Shown here piece after piece: positions 38,060 to 47,590 of a stretch of 64,000 nt of DNA. The stretch is from Phenylobacterium sp. (lineage in GTDB: Bacteria; Pseudomonadota; Alphaproteobacteria; Caulobacterales; Caulobacteraceae): positions 9,488 through 73,487 of the forward strand of contig NZ_JBIKNZ010000007.1 of assembly GCF_044358365.1 (NCBI RefSeq), read 5' to 3'. The notes under the pieces were generated by a model. That model ran no database searches. It was given only the letters and a program-made list of their open reading frames with translations, and was not told the origin of the DNA. Positions within the stretch are counted from its first letter, which is position 1, and the number at the start of each line of letters is the position of its first letter. The translations under genes were made by a program, and so were the position numbers.

Positions 38060-39747
38060 TATGGTGTCTCCCGGGCGTCCATGTCGGGCGCCACATAGAC
38101 CCTCAACGTCATCGGGTCGCCCTTGGAGTAGTTCAGGCCCTCGATCTTGGCCACTTCCTCGGCCCGGCCGCCGCGCGCCTTCAGCGCGGCGCGGAAGGCG
38201 GCCTCCTCGAGATCCTCGACAATGGCGGGGCGGTTCTCGACCACGGCGCGGGCGGCTTCATCCGGCCCGTCCAGCTCGGTGGCGGTGCCCAGGGCGAAGA
38301 CCAGACTGGGCTCGGCGAACCCGGCCACAGCGACGGGCGCCTCGGCCACGCCCTGTCGCGGCAGCAGCCGGTTGTCGCCCATGGCTTGTTCCAGGCGGGC
38401 TGAAAGCCACAACGGTTCAAGGCGCGGCGCCAGGCCCGCCGCCAGCGCGCCATGACCCAGCACGCCCAGTGTCAGCGCCGCAGCGGTAGCGGCGACAGGT
38501 GCCTTGCGGATCAACAGCCCCGCGCCGACAAGACCCGCACCGCCCAGCAGCCCCACTGTCAGGGTTGCGGCCCATAGATCGCTCGGGTCTCCGTAGAGCG
38601 ACAGCAGATAGACCACCCCGCCAGCCAGCGCCAGGCCAGCCAGGGCGCAAAGGCCAGCGCCCATCCAGCGTGAGACCACGCCCATCGGCTCGGCTAGGGC
38701 ACGCGCCGCCAGCCAGGCCAGTGCGCCATAGGTGGGCAGCGTATAGTGGGGCAGTTTGGTGGGCAGCAGCTCAAACAGGATCCAGGTCGGGATCAGCCAG
38801 GCCATCGCGAACCGCACCCCGGGCTCCTGCCGCCAGCGCCAGGCGCCGATCACCGCAGCGGGCAGCAACAGGGTCATGGGAAAGGCCAGAATGGGCGTCA
38901 GCAGGGTGTGATAGCCGAACGGTGCGCCATGTGTTTCCTGACCACCAGCCAGCTTGGGCGCAAGGTCGGACCCCACCGCCTGGGACCAGAAACCGCCGTC
39001 TGTGGCGACGGTCACTGCCCCCGCCCAGGGCCCGACCACCGCAAGTACGATCATCAGACCCCACCACCATTGCAACTGGCCGAGCCAACCCGCGCGACGG
39101 TCGGCAAGGATCAGGGCCAAGATCGCAAGCAGAGCCACCATCGGCCCGACCGGCCCCTTTATCAGGGTCGCCAGGGCGATGCCGGTCCAGAATAGCCAGA
39201 CTGCTGCGGAACCTGCTGCCGGTCCGCCATTGCGGGCCGAATAGAGCCGGGCCAGGGCGGCCATCGCCAGAGTCGTCACGCCGGCCAGCATGGCGTCAGT
39301 CTTGGCGATGAAGGCCTCGGTCGAAAGCAGGAAGCTGGCCCCCAGCAGGGCGCCGGCTACCAGCGCCGTCCGGGCGTTGAAGAACGCCGCCGCCCCCCAG
39401 ACGCAGGCGGCCGCAGCCAGCATTGCGCCCAGCAGGGAGGGGATGCGGTAGGCCCAGATCTGTCGGGCTTCGGGACTGGAGAAGGTTGAGACGCTGGCTG
39501 CCTGTAACCAGTGAATACCCACGGGCTTCTTGAAACGTGGCGCATCCTGGAATTGGATGACCACGAAGTCATGGCTCTCCAGCATCTGGACCGTGGCCTG
39601 GGCGAAGCGGGATTCGTCCCGGTCGAGTGGCGGCATGGCCATCAGCCCGGGCAAGCCGGCCAGAAAGGCGATCAGGGCCGCAACCGCCGGACCCCGCCAG
39701 CCGCCGCTCCATTTCGCCATGATGTCGTCCAGCGTCATGCGACTCAA
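38059..39747 (-). CDS. ArnT/RgtF-like polyprenol-phosphate-sugar-dependent glycosyltransferase (GT83), probable lipid A modifier
   Basis: DRDESRFAQA, KKPVGIHW, AKTDA, LIKGPV, TKLPHY; about 13 TMs. Confidence 0.85.
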   Translation of the reverse strand: MSRMTLDDIMAKWSGGWRGPAVAALIAFLAGLPGLMAMPPLDRDESRFAQATVQMLESHDFVVIQFQDAPRFKKPVGIHWLQAASVSTFSSPEARQIWAYRIPSLLGAMLAAAACVWGAAAFFNARTALVAGALLGASFLLSTEAFIAKTDAMLAGVTTLAMAALARLYSARNGGPAAGSAAVWLFWTGIALATLIKGPVGPMVALLAILALILADRRAGWLGQLQWWWGLMIVLAVVGPWAGAVTVATDGGFWSQAVGSDLAPKLAGGQETHGAPFGYHTLLTPILAFPMTLLLPAAVIGAWRWRQEPGVRFAMAWLIPTWILFELLPTKLPHYTLPTYGALAWLAARALAEPMGVVSRWMGAGLCALAGLALAGGVVYLLSLYGDPSDLWAATLTVGLLGGAGLVGAGLLIRKAPVAATAAALTLGVLGHGALAAGLAPRLEPLWLSARLEQAMGDNRLLPRQGVAEAPVAVAGFAEPSLVFALGTATELDGPDEAARAVVENRPAIVEDLEEAAFRAALKARGGRAEEVAKIEGLNYSKGDPMTLRVYVAPDMDARETP

Positions 39748-39794
39748 ATAGCACGATCCTTACGCGCGCCGACTTTTCCGCTATGCAGACAGCC

Positions 39795-40520
39795 ATGGTT
39801 TTGGCGCCTGAAATTTCTGTGGTCGTTCCGGTGTTCGATGAAGCCGGCGCAGCGCCTGACCTGGCGCGAGAGATCGCGACGGCGTTCGCAGGCCGATCCT
39901 TTGAAATCCTGTTCGTTGATGACGCCAGCCGGGATGGCACCCGAGAAGCCCTCAATGCCCTGCGCGCCGAAATTCCACAGCTACGCGTGTTGGCGCACCG
40001 GCGTAACTCGGGACAAAGCCGCGCCATCCGCAGCGGCATCCTTGCCGCCCGCGGGCCGGTGATTGTCACTCTGGACGGCGACGGACAGAACGACCCTGCT
40101 GATGGCCCCGCCCTGGTGGACGCGCTTGCGGCGGGCGGGGCAGATTTGGCCATGGTCGGTGGCGAGCGGATCAAGCGGCAGGACAGCCAGGCCAAGAAGC
40201 TTGCGTCACGCTTCGGCAACGGTATCCGGCGGCGGCTTCTGCGTGACACGGCCCGTGATACCGGCTGTGGCCTGAAGGCCTTCCGACGGGAGGCGTTCCT
40301 GCAGCTTCCCTACTTCGACCATATCCACCGCTATCTGCCGGCGTTGATGTTGAGGGAGGGCTATGACGTGACATTCCAGCCGGTCCATCACCGCCACCGA
40401 CAGACCGGGCGGTCGAAATACACCAACCTCGGCCGGCTGATGGCCTCGCTCTCGGACCTGCTCGGCGTCATATGGCTACAGTCGCGCTCGCGGAACCCAG
40501 GCGGCGTCGACGAACTCTGA
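39795..40520 (+). CDS. GT2 polyprenol-phosphate glycosyltransferase (ArnC/RgtE/Dpm1-like)
   Basis: VVVPVFDE, VDDASRD, NSGQSRA, TLDGDGQNDP, RDTGCGLKAF, HRYLPAL. Confidence 0.88.
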   Translation: MVLAPEISVVVPVFDEAGAAPDLAREIATAFAGRSFEILFVDDASRDGTREALNALRAEIPQLRVLAHRRNSGQSRAIRSGILAARGPVIVTLDGDGQNDPADGPALVDALAAGGADLAMVGGERIKRQDSQAKKLASRFGNGIRRRLLRDTARDTGCGLKAFRREAFLQLPYFDHIHRYLPALMLREGYDVTFQPVHHRHRQTGRSKYTNLGRLMASLSDLLGVIWLQSRSRNPGGVDEL

Positions 40521-40530
40521 GTCCACGCCG

Positions 40531-40599
40531 TCAGGTCAGGGCGGAGAGGATAAGGGTCACGACGGCGACATCGATGAAACGGGACAGAAGGAGCAGCAT
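40531..40599 (-). CDS. Candidate 22-aa single-helix membrane peptide, not in the ORF track
   Basis: MLLLLSRFIDVAVVTLILSALT; host-like GC3-rich codons; bounded upstream by an in-frame TAA at 40633-40635. Confidence 0.45.
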   Translation of the reverse strand: MLLLLSRFIDVAVVTLILSALT

Positions 40600-40665
40600 G
40601 GGCAGGTCCGTGGTCGCGGGTTGCAAACACGGTTAAGCAAGAGTTGCGCCACAGGATGTCCCGGT

Positions 40666-40980
40666 ATGGCCCTCTTCTTCGACGCCCCCTGGTTTGACGG
40701 AAAACTCGCCGAGCGCGGCCTGTCCCGCGGCGTGATGGCCGCGGTTTCGGGTTTGAGCGAGGATCAGCTCATCCTGGTCTTCAAGGATCAGATGGAACTT
40801 TCCGCCGGGCAGGTGGCGGCCTTTGCCCAGTTGCTGGGCGTTTCGCCTTCAGAGGTGGCCAACCGCGCAGGCGTTTCGACGCCCACACCCAGAGCTTCGT
40901 CACGGGATGTGCAGATCGAGGCGCTGGAACAACGACTGGCTGCGCTGGAGGCCGAGGTCGCGCGCCTGAAAGGCAGCTAG
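40666..40980 (+). CDS. Putative HTH (XRE-like) DNA-binding protein with C-terminal coiled coil
   Basis: KLAERGLSRGVMAAVSGLS, IEALEQRLAALEAEVARLK. Confidence 0.65.
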   Translation: MALFFDAPWFDGKLAERGLSRGVMAAVSGLSEDQLILVFKDQMELSAGQVAAFAQLLGVSPSEVANRAGVSTPTPRASSRDVQIEALEQRLAALEAEVARLKGS

Positions 40981-41309
40981 ATGTCGCGGCTGCGGCGGCC
41001 TTGCCTGGCGCGACGGTCCCAGGACCCGGACCATTCAATGCGGCTGTAGGCGCTGCGCGCCCGCTCCAGGAGGGAGGCGCCCGCCCGCAGGCCGCGCCGC
41101 TCGCCATGTTGACCGAGAAGCTGGGCGACGTAGCCGCTGTCCACATCGCGGCGCTCCTGACGGAACCCGGCTGATGCGCTCACCCTTTGGGTTGTGGCCG
41201 GCAGACCGGTAGGGGAGACTTCGAAGGTCTCATCGACGGGCGCGTCCTCGTAGCTCGCCGCTCTTCGCGCCGAGACCGCCCGTCGGATGCGGTCAATGCG
41301 GGACATCAT
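40977..41309 (-). CDS. Hypothetical protein downstream of phaR
   Basis: Arg-rich 110 aa ORF, 32 nt after the phaR stop. Confidence 0.6.
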   Translation of the reverse strand: MMSRIDRIRRAVSARRAASYEDAPVDETFEVSPTGLPATTQRVSASAGFRQERRDVDSGYVAQLLGQHGERRGLRAGASLLERARSAYSRIEWSGSWDRRARQGRRSRDI

Positions 41310-41341
41310 GCCTCACAACTTGCAATGGATGGGCCACAACC

Positions 41342-41950
41342 TCAGCTTTTTGCCAGCTTGTCCAGTTGCGCCTGCATGTCGGACATCTGCTTGCGCAATA
41401 GGTTCAGTGCCTCATCGGCTGCAGGCGCGGGCTTTGGCGGCGGCGCAGGCGCCGGCTGTTCGTTTCGCGCAAGAGGCGCATAGGCGAATGGCGAGAACAT
41501 TTTCATCGCCTTGTCGAACAACTGCAGATTCTGGCGAATCTGTTCCTCGTAGGCGCCTGTCGACTGGCCGAGGCTTGAGAACTGGGTTCGCATCCGCTCC
41601 TGCTGTTGGGTGAAGCTGGATAGCGACAGCTCCAGATAGCTGGGCAGAAAGGCTTGCATCGAGTTGCCGTAGAACCCGATCAACTGGCGCAGGAACTCGA
41701 TCGGCAACAGGCTTTGCCCCTGGCTCTCTTCCTCGAAAATGATCTGGGTCAGGACGGTGCGGGTGATGTCATCGTTGGTCTTGGCGTCATAGACGACGAA
41801 ATCGACGCCCTGCTTTACCATTTCCGACAGGTGTTCGAGGGTCACGTAGCTGGAGGACGCGGTGTTGTAGAGCCGCCGGTTGGCGTACTTCTTGATGACC
41901 ACGCGTTCCCCCGGATTGACGCCGCCGCCGGTCTCTTGAGTGTCGGCCAT
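41342..41950 (-). CDS. phaR: Polyhydroxyalkanoate synthesis repressor
   Basis: VIKKYANRRLYNTASSSYVTLE, DITRTVLTQIIFEEE. Confidence 0.95.
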   Translation of the reverse strand: MADTQETGGGVNPGERVVIKKYANRRLYNTASSSYVTLEHLSEMVKQGVDFVVYDAKTNDDITRTVLTQIIFEEESQGQSLLPIEFLRQLIGFYGNSMQAFLPSYLELSLSSFTQQQERMRTQFSSLGQSTGAYEEQIRQNLQLFDKAMKMFSPFAYAPLARNEQPAPAPPPKPAPAADEALNLLRKQMSDMQAQLDKLAKS

Positions 41951-41998
41951 CGTTGATCCTTGTTCCCGGGCCTGATGGCGCGCCCCGCCGACCCGTTT

Positions 41999-42009
41999 CT
42001 GCGGCGCAG
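41999..42009. promoter_or_regulatory. Putative PhaR operator
   Basis: CTGC-GGC-GCAG matches the CTGC-N3-4-GCAG PhaR motif, in the phaR/phbA divergent region. Confidence 0.65.
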
Positions 42010-42131
42010 TATCGCGGATGCGAGCGCTTTAGCAAATGCCCTCAAATCAATTGCGTGGCGGCCTTGCCCTCCGGGGACGCGCGGTCGATAAATGATCCAA
42101 CAAGGCCACAAAAGAACGTCAGGGATCCGCC

Positions 42132-43307
42132 ATGAGCGACATCGTCATCGTTTCCGCAGCCCGCACGCCGGTGGGATCCTTCAACGGCGCGCTCTCCGGT
42201 CTTCCCGCCCATGAATTGGGGCGCATTGCAATTCAGGCCGCGGTTGAACGCGCCGGGATCACCGCTGCTGACGTCGACGAGGTGATAATGGGCCAGGTCC
42301 TGCAGGCCGGCGCGGGACAGGGCCCGGCTCGGCAAGCGGCGGTGAACGCCGGCATCCCCAACGCCAGCCCCGCCTGGAGCCTGAACCAGCTCTGCGGTTC
42401 CGGTCTTCGCGCCATCGCACTGGCCGCCCAGCAGATCAGCGATGGTTCAGCCGACATCGTGGTCGCCGGGGGTCAGGAGAGCATGAGCCAATCGCCCCAC
42501 GCCGCCCACATCCGCAACGGCCAGAAGATGGGCGATCTGGGTTTCGTCGACACCATGATCAAGGATGGCCTCTGGGATGCTTTCCACGGCTATCACATGG
42601 GCCAGACGGCGGAGAACATCGCCAGCCGCTGGCAGATCACCCGCGGTGATCAGGACGCCTTCGCCGTCGCCTCCCAGAACAAGGCCGAGGCCGCGCAGAA
42701 GGCCGGCAAGTTTGTCGGAGAGATTGCGCCGGTCACGATCAAGGGTCGCAAGGGCGACACGATTGTCGATCAGGATGAGTACATTCGCCACGGCGCCACG
42801 CTGGAGAGCGTCTCGGGCCTGAAGCCTGCCTTCAACAAGGAAGGCACTGTCACGGCGGCCAATGCCTCGGGCCTTAACGACGGCGCCGCGGCCATGGTGC
42901 TGATGACGGCCGCAGAAGCGAAGAAACGCGGCCTGACGCCATTGGCCAGGATCGCCTCATGGGCCAATGCCGGTGTTGATCCGGAGATCATGGGCACCGG
43001 GCCGATCCCTGCCAGCCGCAAGGCGCTGGAGCGCGCCGGCTGGACAGTCGCCGATCTGGATCTTGTGGAATCCAACGAGGCGTTCGCGGCGCAGTCGATC
43101 TGCGTTGTCCGCGATCTCGGCCTTGACCCGGCCAAGGTGAACGTGAACGGCGGCGCCATCGCCATCGGTCATCCCATCGGCGCCTCGGGGGCCCGTATCC
43201 TGACCACACTGCTGCATGAGATGAAGCGCACCGGCGTATCAAAAGGCCTGGCCACACTGTGCGTTGGTGGCGGTATGGGCGTGGCCATGTGCGTCGAGAA
43301 GATCTGA
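42132..43307 (+). CDS. phbA: Acetyl-CoA C-acetyltransferase (beta-ketothiolase)
   Basis: [29 protein letters not shown]. Confidence 0.95.
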   Translation: MSDIVIVSAARTPVGSFNGALSGLPAHELGRIAIQAAVERAGITAADVDEVIMGQVLQAGAGQGPARQAAVNAGIPNASPAWSLNQLCGSGLRAIALAAQQISDGSADIVVAGGQESMSQSPHAAHIRNGQKMGDLGFVDTMIKDGLWDAFHGYHMGQTAENIASRWQITRGDQDAFAVASQNKAEAAQKAGKFVGEIAPVTIKGRKGDTIVDQDEYIRHGATLESVSGLKPAFNKEGTVTAANASGLNDGAAAMVLMTAAEAKKRGLTPLARIASWANAGVDPEIMGTGPIPASRKALERAGWTVADLDLVESNEAFAAQSICVVRDLGLDPAKVNVNGGAIAIGHPIGASGARILTTLLHEMKRTGVSKGLATLCVGGGMGVAMCVEKI

Positions 43308-43355
43308 ACACATAGACCCGGATCAACCGGCGTCGGCGACAAGGGAGTTTGAGGC

Positions 43356-44081
43356 ATGGCCAGGGTTGCGTTTGTCACCGGGGGAACCCGGGGCATTGGA
43401 CGGGCGATCTGCGAACGTTTGAAGGCGGATGGTATCCTGGTGGCGGCGGGCTACTCCGGCAATGATGCAGCGGCCGAAGCCTGCGCCCGCGAGCTGGGCG
43501 TAATGGTCGTGAAGGGCAATGTCGGCAACTTCGCAGACTGCAAGGCCGCCGTGGACGCGGTGACCGCCGAACTCGGCCCTATCGATATTCTGGTGAACAA
43601 CGCCGGCATCACCCGCGACGGTGTGTTCCACCGCATGACCTCCGAGCAGTGGAGCGAGGTGATCCGCGTCAACATGGACTCCCTTTTCAACATGACCCGC
43701 CAGGTCATTGAAGGGATGCGTGAGCGCGAGTGGGGCCGGATCATCAATATTTCCTCGATCAACGGTCAGAAGGGCCAGATCGGCCAGACCAACTATTCAG
43801 CGGCCAAGGCGGGCGTGATTGGCTTCACCAAGGCGCTGGCGCTGGAAAACGCGAGGAAGGGCGTCACGGTCAATTGCGTCGCGCCCGGCTACATCGACAC
43901 CGAGATGGTACAGGCGGTGCCGCCCAAGGTGCTGGAATCGATCATTGGCCAGATCCCCGCCGGTCGCCTCGGTAGCGGGGAGGAGATCGCCGATACGGTG
44001 TCGTTCCTGGCCGGTGAACGGGCGGCGTACGTGACCGGCACCACACTTTCGCTCAATGGCGGCCAATACCTGGTCGGGTGA
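43356..44081 (+). CDS. phbB: Acetoacetyl-CoA reductase
   Basis: TGGTRGIG, NNAGITRD, GQTNYSAAKAG. Confidence 0.95.
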   Translation: MARVAFVTGGTRGIGRAICERLKADGILVAAGYSGNDAAAEACARELGVMVVKGNVGNFADCKAAVDAVTAELGPIDILVNNAGITRDGVFHRMTSEQWSEVIRVNMDSLFNMTRQVIEGMREREWGRIINISSINGQKGQIGQTNYSAAKAGVIGFTKALALENARKGVTVNCVAPGYIDTEMVQAVPPKVLESIIGQIPAGRLGSGEEIADTVSFLAGERAAYVTGTTLSLNGGQYLVG

Positions 44082-44136
44082 AGACCGTCGCCCGGTCCAA
44101 AAAGCGCCCCGATCAAAGCGCATCTGTTCGTCCGAC

Positions 44137-44901
44137 ATGATGAGTTATTGGATGGCGCACGGGCGAACCCTTTGCGCGGTGGTGCTCGGCGCCGCTGCGC
44201 TGGGTCTGGCCTTGCCGGCAATTGCCGGGCCGACGGAGCGGGTTCGCGAGAGCCTGTTCCGCCGTCAGGTTGGCGAGGCGGCGGGCCCGCCGCTGGCGCG
44301 CTATGTCTCCGAGCAGGGTCGGGTCTTCATTCTTGATCGCAGCCAGCCGGTCCCGATGCTCAAGTTCGAGGACAGTCCCGAGGTCTGGGCGCTGCAACCT
44401 TCGCCCGCGCCGCGTGGTGATCTGATTTACAAGAACGATCTGGGCGAGCCGGTTCTGCGGGCCACCCGTCTTGGCGGCTACACCCTGTTTACCGATGCTC
44501 GTCCCAGTGGGGAGGCGGTGTCACTGATCGGCGGGGCGTCGCCGTTGCGTCTCATGGGGCTTAGCCCCCAGGCACTGGGCGAACGGCTTCTACAGGCGTC
44601 CGTACGCTCCGGTCGGGCCGCGCGGCGGCCGGTGATTTTCGAAGCTGAAGCTACGCCCGCCTCCGCCGCGCTCATCGCTGATGCGGCCACGGTCGTCAGC
44701 GTCGCTTTCCTCAAGATGGCCGGGCGGGACAAGGATCGGGCCCGTCTTTCCCGGGTCGCAAGGGTGCAGTTCGCCTCGGGCAACACCGTCTCGGCCACCC
44801 TGACCAATGGCGTGCTGCAAGTGGTGGTCGCGCCCTCCCGGGGCATGGCGGGACGCCCCTCGTCCGACAAGCTGGAACGTCTGCTGCGCAGCGCGAAGTA
44901 G
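44137..44901 (+). CDS. Exported DUF4908-like protein
   Basis: Signal peptide; PAPRGDLIYKNDLGEPVLRATRLGG.T.F. Confidence 0.65.
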   Translation: MMSYWMAHGRTLCAVVLGAAALGLALPAIAGPTERVRESLFRRQVGEAAGPPLARYVSEQGRVFILDRSQPVPMLKFEDSPEVWALQPSPAPRGDLIYKNDLGEPVLRATRLGGYTLFTDARPSGEAVSLIGGASPLRLMGLSPQALGERLLQASVRSGRAARRPVIFEAEATPASAALIADAATVVSVAFLKMAGRDKDRARLSRVARVQFASGNTVSATLTNGVLQVVVAPSRGMAGRPSSDKLERLLRSAK

Positions 44902-44904
44902 GCC

Positions 44905-45666
44905 TCAGCCCTTGAAGTTGTCCTTGGCCGTCCGTACAGCCGCGAAGGCTTGAGCGTCAGGCTGGCCGCCAGCCCCGACCCGGTTCGCCAGGGCCGGCGC
45001 CCGCAGAAACGGGTTTGTCGCCTTTTCCAGCCCGATGGTGGTGGGCACGGTCCACTCGTCACGCTCGCGCGCCGCAAAGATCGCCTCGGCGCGGGTCTTC
45101 AACGCGGCCCCATCATCGACAGAGAGTGCGAACCGGGCGTTGGAGGCGGTATACTCATGGGCGCAGTAGACCCGGGTGTCATCGGGCAAGGCGGCCAGCC
45201 GCTGCAGGCTGTCCCACATCTGTTCCGGCGTGCCCTCGAAAAGCCGTCCGCATCCCAGCGCAAACAGGGTGTCGCCCACGAAAGCTACCCGATCGGTCGA
45301 ATCGTAGAAGGCGATATGGCCCAGGGTATGGCCGCCGCTCTCGATCACCTGGAACCGGGTCTCGCCGAGATCGACGACGTCACCACCGGCCACCTCGCGG
45401 TCCAGCGGCGCAATCCGCGTCACCTCGGGCGGGCCAACAATCGTGCACCCAGTCATCGCCTTGATGTCGGCGTTACCGCCGGCGTGGTCCGGGTGCCAAT
45501 GCGTGTTGAGGATCATGTCCAGCTCCCATCCCAGATCGTCCAGCTCACGCAGGATCGCGCCCGCGTCGGGGGTATCGATGCAGGCAGTTTTGCCACTGGC
45601 CTCATCGCGGATCAGGAACCCGTAGTTGTCCGAGAGGCAGGCGAATTGGTGAATGGTGAGCGGCAT
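44905..45666 (-). CDS. gloB: Hydroxyacylglutathione hydrolase (glyoxalase II)
   Basis: THWHPDHAGG, GHTLGH, GDTLFALGCGR, CAHEYT. Confidence 0.95.
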   Translation of the reverse strand: MPLTIHQFACLSDNYGFLIRDEASGKTACIDTPDAGAILRELDDLGWELDMILNTHWHPDHAGGNADIKAMTGCTIVGPPEVTRIAPLDREVAGGDVVDLGETRFQVIESGGHTLGHIAFYDSTDRVAFVGDTLFALGCGRLFEGTPEQMWDSLQRLAALPDDTRVYCAHEYTASNARFALSVDDGAALKTRAEAIFAARERDEWTVPTTIGLEKATNPFLRAPALANRVGAGGQPDAQAFAAVRTAKDNFKG

Positions 45667-45736
45667 GGCAGATCTCCCGGAATTTCCAGATCGATTTAGG
45701 CTGGTCGAGACGCCCCGTCGAGCATAGCCATCACAC

Positions 45737-46501
45737 ATGCGCCGCGACGTTCTTGAGCTTCGTCAGTTCTACGCCTCCGACCTGGGTCGTGCGGCCAGGG
45801 CCATGGTCGAGCGAAAGCTGAGAGAGGCGTGGGGCGACACCTATGGGCTGGACGTGCTGGCGCTGGGCTACGCCACGCCCTTCATCACACCCTTCCGGGA
45901 GCGCGCGCGCCGCGTGGTCGCCGCCATGCCGGCCCAGCAGGGGGTCGAGGTCTGGCCTGGCGACGGTCCGATCCTGTCGACGCTGACACCCGAAGATGTG
46001 CTGCCCTTCACCAACGCCCTGTTCGACCGGATTCTGGTGGTGCACGGGCTGGAGGAAAGCGCCGATCCCGTCGGTTATCTGCGGGAAGTCTGGCGCGTGC
46101 TGGCGCCATCCGGCCGGGCGATCATTACCGTCGCTTCGCGGACCGGGCTCTGGGCCGATACCGAACGCACCCCTTTCGGTCATGGGAGGCCCTATACCCG
46201 TGGCCAGCTGGCCGATCTGATGCGGGAGGCGGATCTGGAGCCCTCGGGCTGGACGCGCGCGCTGTACGTGCCGCCAGTCGGCTGGATGGCGCGGTGGGCC
46301 GACGGTTTCGAGCAGGCCGGGTCCCGGCTGTGGCCGGGGTTTGCTGGACTACTGCTGATGGAATGCACCAAACAGACCTTCGCTGTGAAACCAAAAGGCT
46401 CGCGATCCGTTGTCCGTACCGTTCGCCCTGTGCTGGCGCCGTCGCCAGCCGGAACCGCGCGCCGTGGACAACGCTTGGCGCCGCCGCCCGGAAGGTCTTA
46501 G
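45737..46501 (+). CDS. Class I SAM methyltransferase-fold protein (YafS-like, divergent from gloB)
   Basis: VLALGYATP, FDRILVVHGLE, TPFGHGRPY. Confidence 0.8.
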   Translation: MRRDVLELRQFYASDLGRAARAMVERKLREAWGDTYGLDVLALGYATPFITPFRERARRVVAAMPAQQGVEVWPGDGPILSTLTPEDVLPFTNALFDRILVVHGLEESADPVGYLREVWRVLAPSGRAIITVASRTGLWADTERTPFGHGRPYTRGQLADLMREADLEPSGWTRALYVPPVGWMARWADGFEQAGSRLWPGFAGLLLMECTKQTFAVKPKGSRSVVRTVRPVLAPSPAGTARRGQRLAPPPGRS

Positions 46502-46544
46502 CTACACGTCCTGACTTTTCCTCGAAACGGAGGCGCGACGACCC

Positions 46545-46889
46545 ATGAAACTGATCATCGCCGTCATCAAGCCCAGCCGCCTCGACGCCGTTCTTGATGC
46601 GGTCACCCAAGCCGGCGCCTCGGGCCTTACAGTTACCGAAGTCCGCGGCTACGGCCGCCAGCGCGGCAAGACCGAAGTCTATCGCGGCGCGGAGTACGAG
46701 GTGAAGCTGCTGCCTAAGGTGAAACTGGAAATCGCGGTTCCCACCGACATCGTCGAAGCGGTCATCGAAGCCATCACGCAAAGCGCCAACACCAACAAGA
46801 TCGGCGACGGCAAGATCTTCGTTCTGGATCTGGAGCGTGCCTTGCGTATCCGCACCGGCGAGGAAAACGCGGCGGCGATCGCGGGATAG
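46545..46889 (+). CDS. P-II nitrogen regulator, stand-alone paralogue (GlnC-like)
   Basis: MKLIIAVIKP, GYGRQRGKTEVYRGAEY, IGDGKIFV, IRTGE. Confidence 0.93.
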   Translation: MKLIIAVIKPSRLDAVLDAVTQAGASGLTVTEVRGYGRQRGKTEVYRGAEYEVKLLPKVKLEIAVPTDIVEAVIEAITQSANTNKIGDGKIFVLDLERALRIRTGEENAAAIAG

Positions 46890-46901
46890 GGCGCTCCCGA
46901 T

Positions 46902-46923
46902 CAGGGTCAGGAAATCCCTGTTT
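46902..46923. terminator. Short hairpin plus T-tract between convergent P-II and metW
   Basis: CAGGG-9 nt-CCCTG-TTT; stem only 5 bp. Confidence 0.3.
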
Positions 46924-46936
46924 GGCGGTCTCCAGG

Positions 46937-47590
46937 CTACCCGAACAGGTCGGATTTCGCTGGCGCAACGACCCCCGCCTCGGTCTTCCGGCTCAGCAGA
47001 AACAGCGCCGTCTCGGCCCGCCAGTTCTCAATCGGCTGGCGCGGATCAATGCTGCGGGCCGGTTTGCCATCGGCCAGCGACATGCAGGCGTCGATCCTGA
47101 GACCCAGGTCGTCGCAGAGTGTTGTGAAATCCCTCAGCGTGCACAGGTGAATGTTGGGCGTCGACCACCAGGGTTCGGGCAGGGCGCCGGTTTCCGGCAT
47201 CCGCCCCCGGCTCAGCAACGCCCAGCGCACGCGCCAGTGGCCGAAGTTCGGCACGGAAACCACCGCCTGCTCGGCGATCCGCAGAAGTTCGGACAGAACG
47301 TGCCGGGGCTCGCGCATCTGCTGCAGGGTTTTCGAGAGGATCGCGTAGTCAAAAGCCCGCGTCGGAAAATGATCGAGGTCGCGGTCGCCGTCGCCCTGCA
47401 CCACCGCCAGTCCGCGCGCCAGGCAGGCGGCGACGCCCTCGGGGCTGATCTCCAGGCCCTGGCCGTCTACGCCCTTGTCGCGGGTGAGGAGTTCCAGCAG
47501 TGCGCCATCTTCACAGCCGACGTCGAGCACCCGTGCGCCGGGTCGCACCAGGCTGAGGATCTCGCGAAAATCCTCGCGTACGGCGCTCAC
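46937..47590 (-). CDS. metW: Methionine biosynthesis protein MetW
   Basis: [33 protein letters not shown]. Confidence 0.93.
   Translation of the reverse strand: MSAVREDFREILSLVRPGARVLDVGCEDGALLELLTRDKGVDGQGLEISPEGVAACLARGLAVVQGDGDRDLDHFPTRAFDYAILSKTLQQMREPRHVLSELLRIAEQAVVSVPNFGHWRVRWALLSRGRMPETGALPEPWWSTPNIHLCTLRDFTTLCDDLGLRIDACMSLADGKPARSIDPRQPIENWRAETALFLLSRKTEAGVVAPAKSDLFG

Noticed and set aside
40621-40647. CtrA site (TTAA-N7-TTAA) upstream of the HTH gene
   Set aside because: One TTAA only; the second half mismatches in both orientations.
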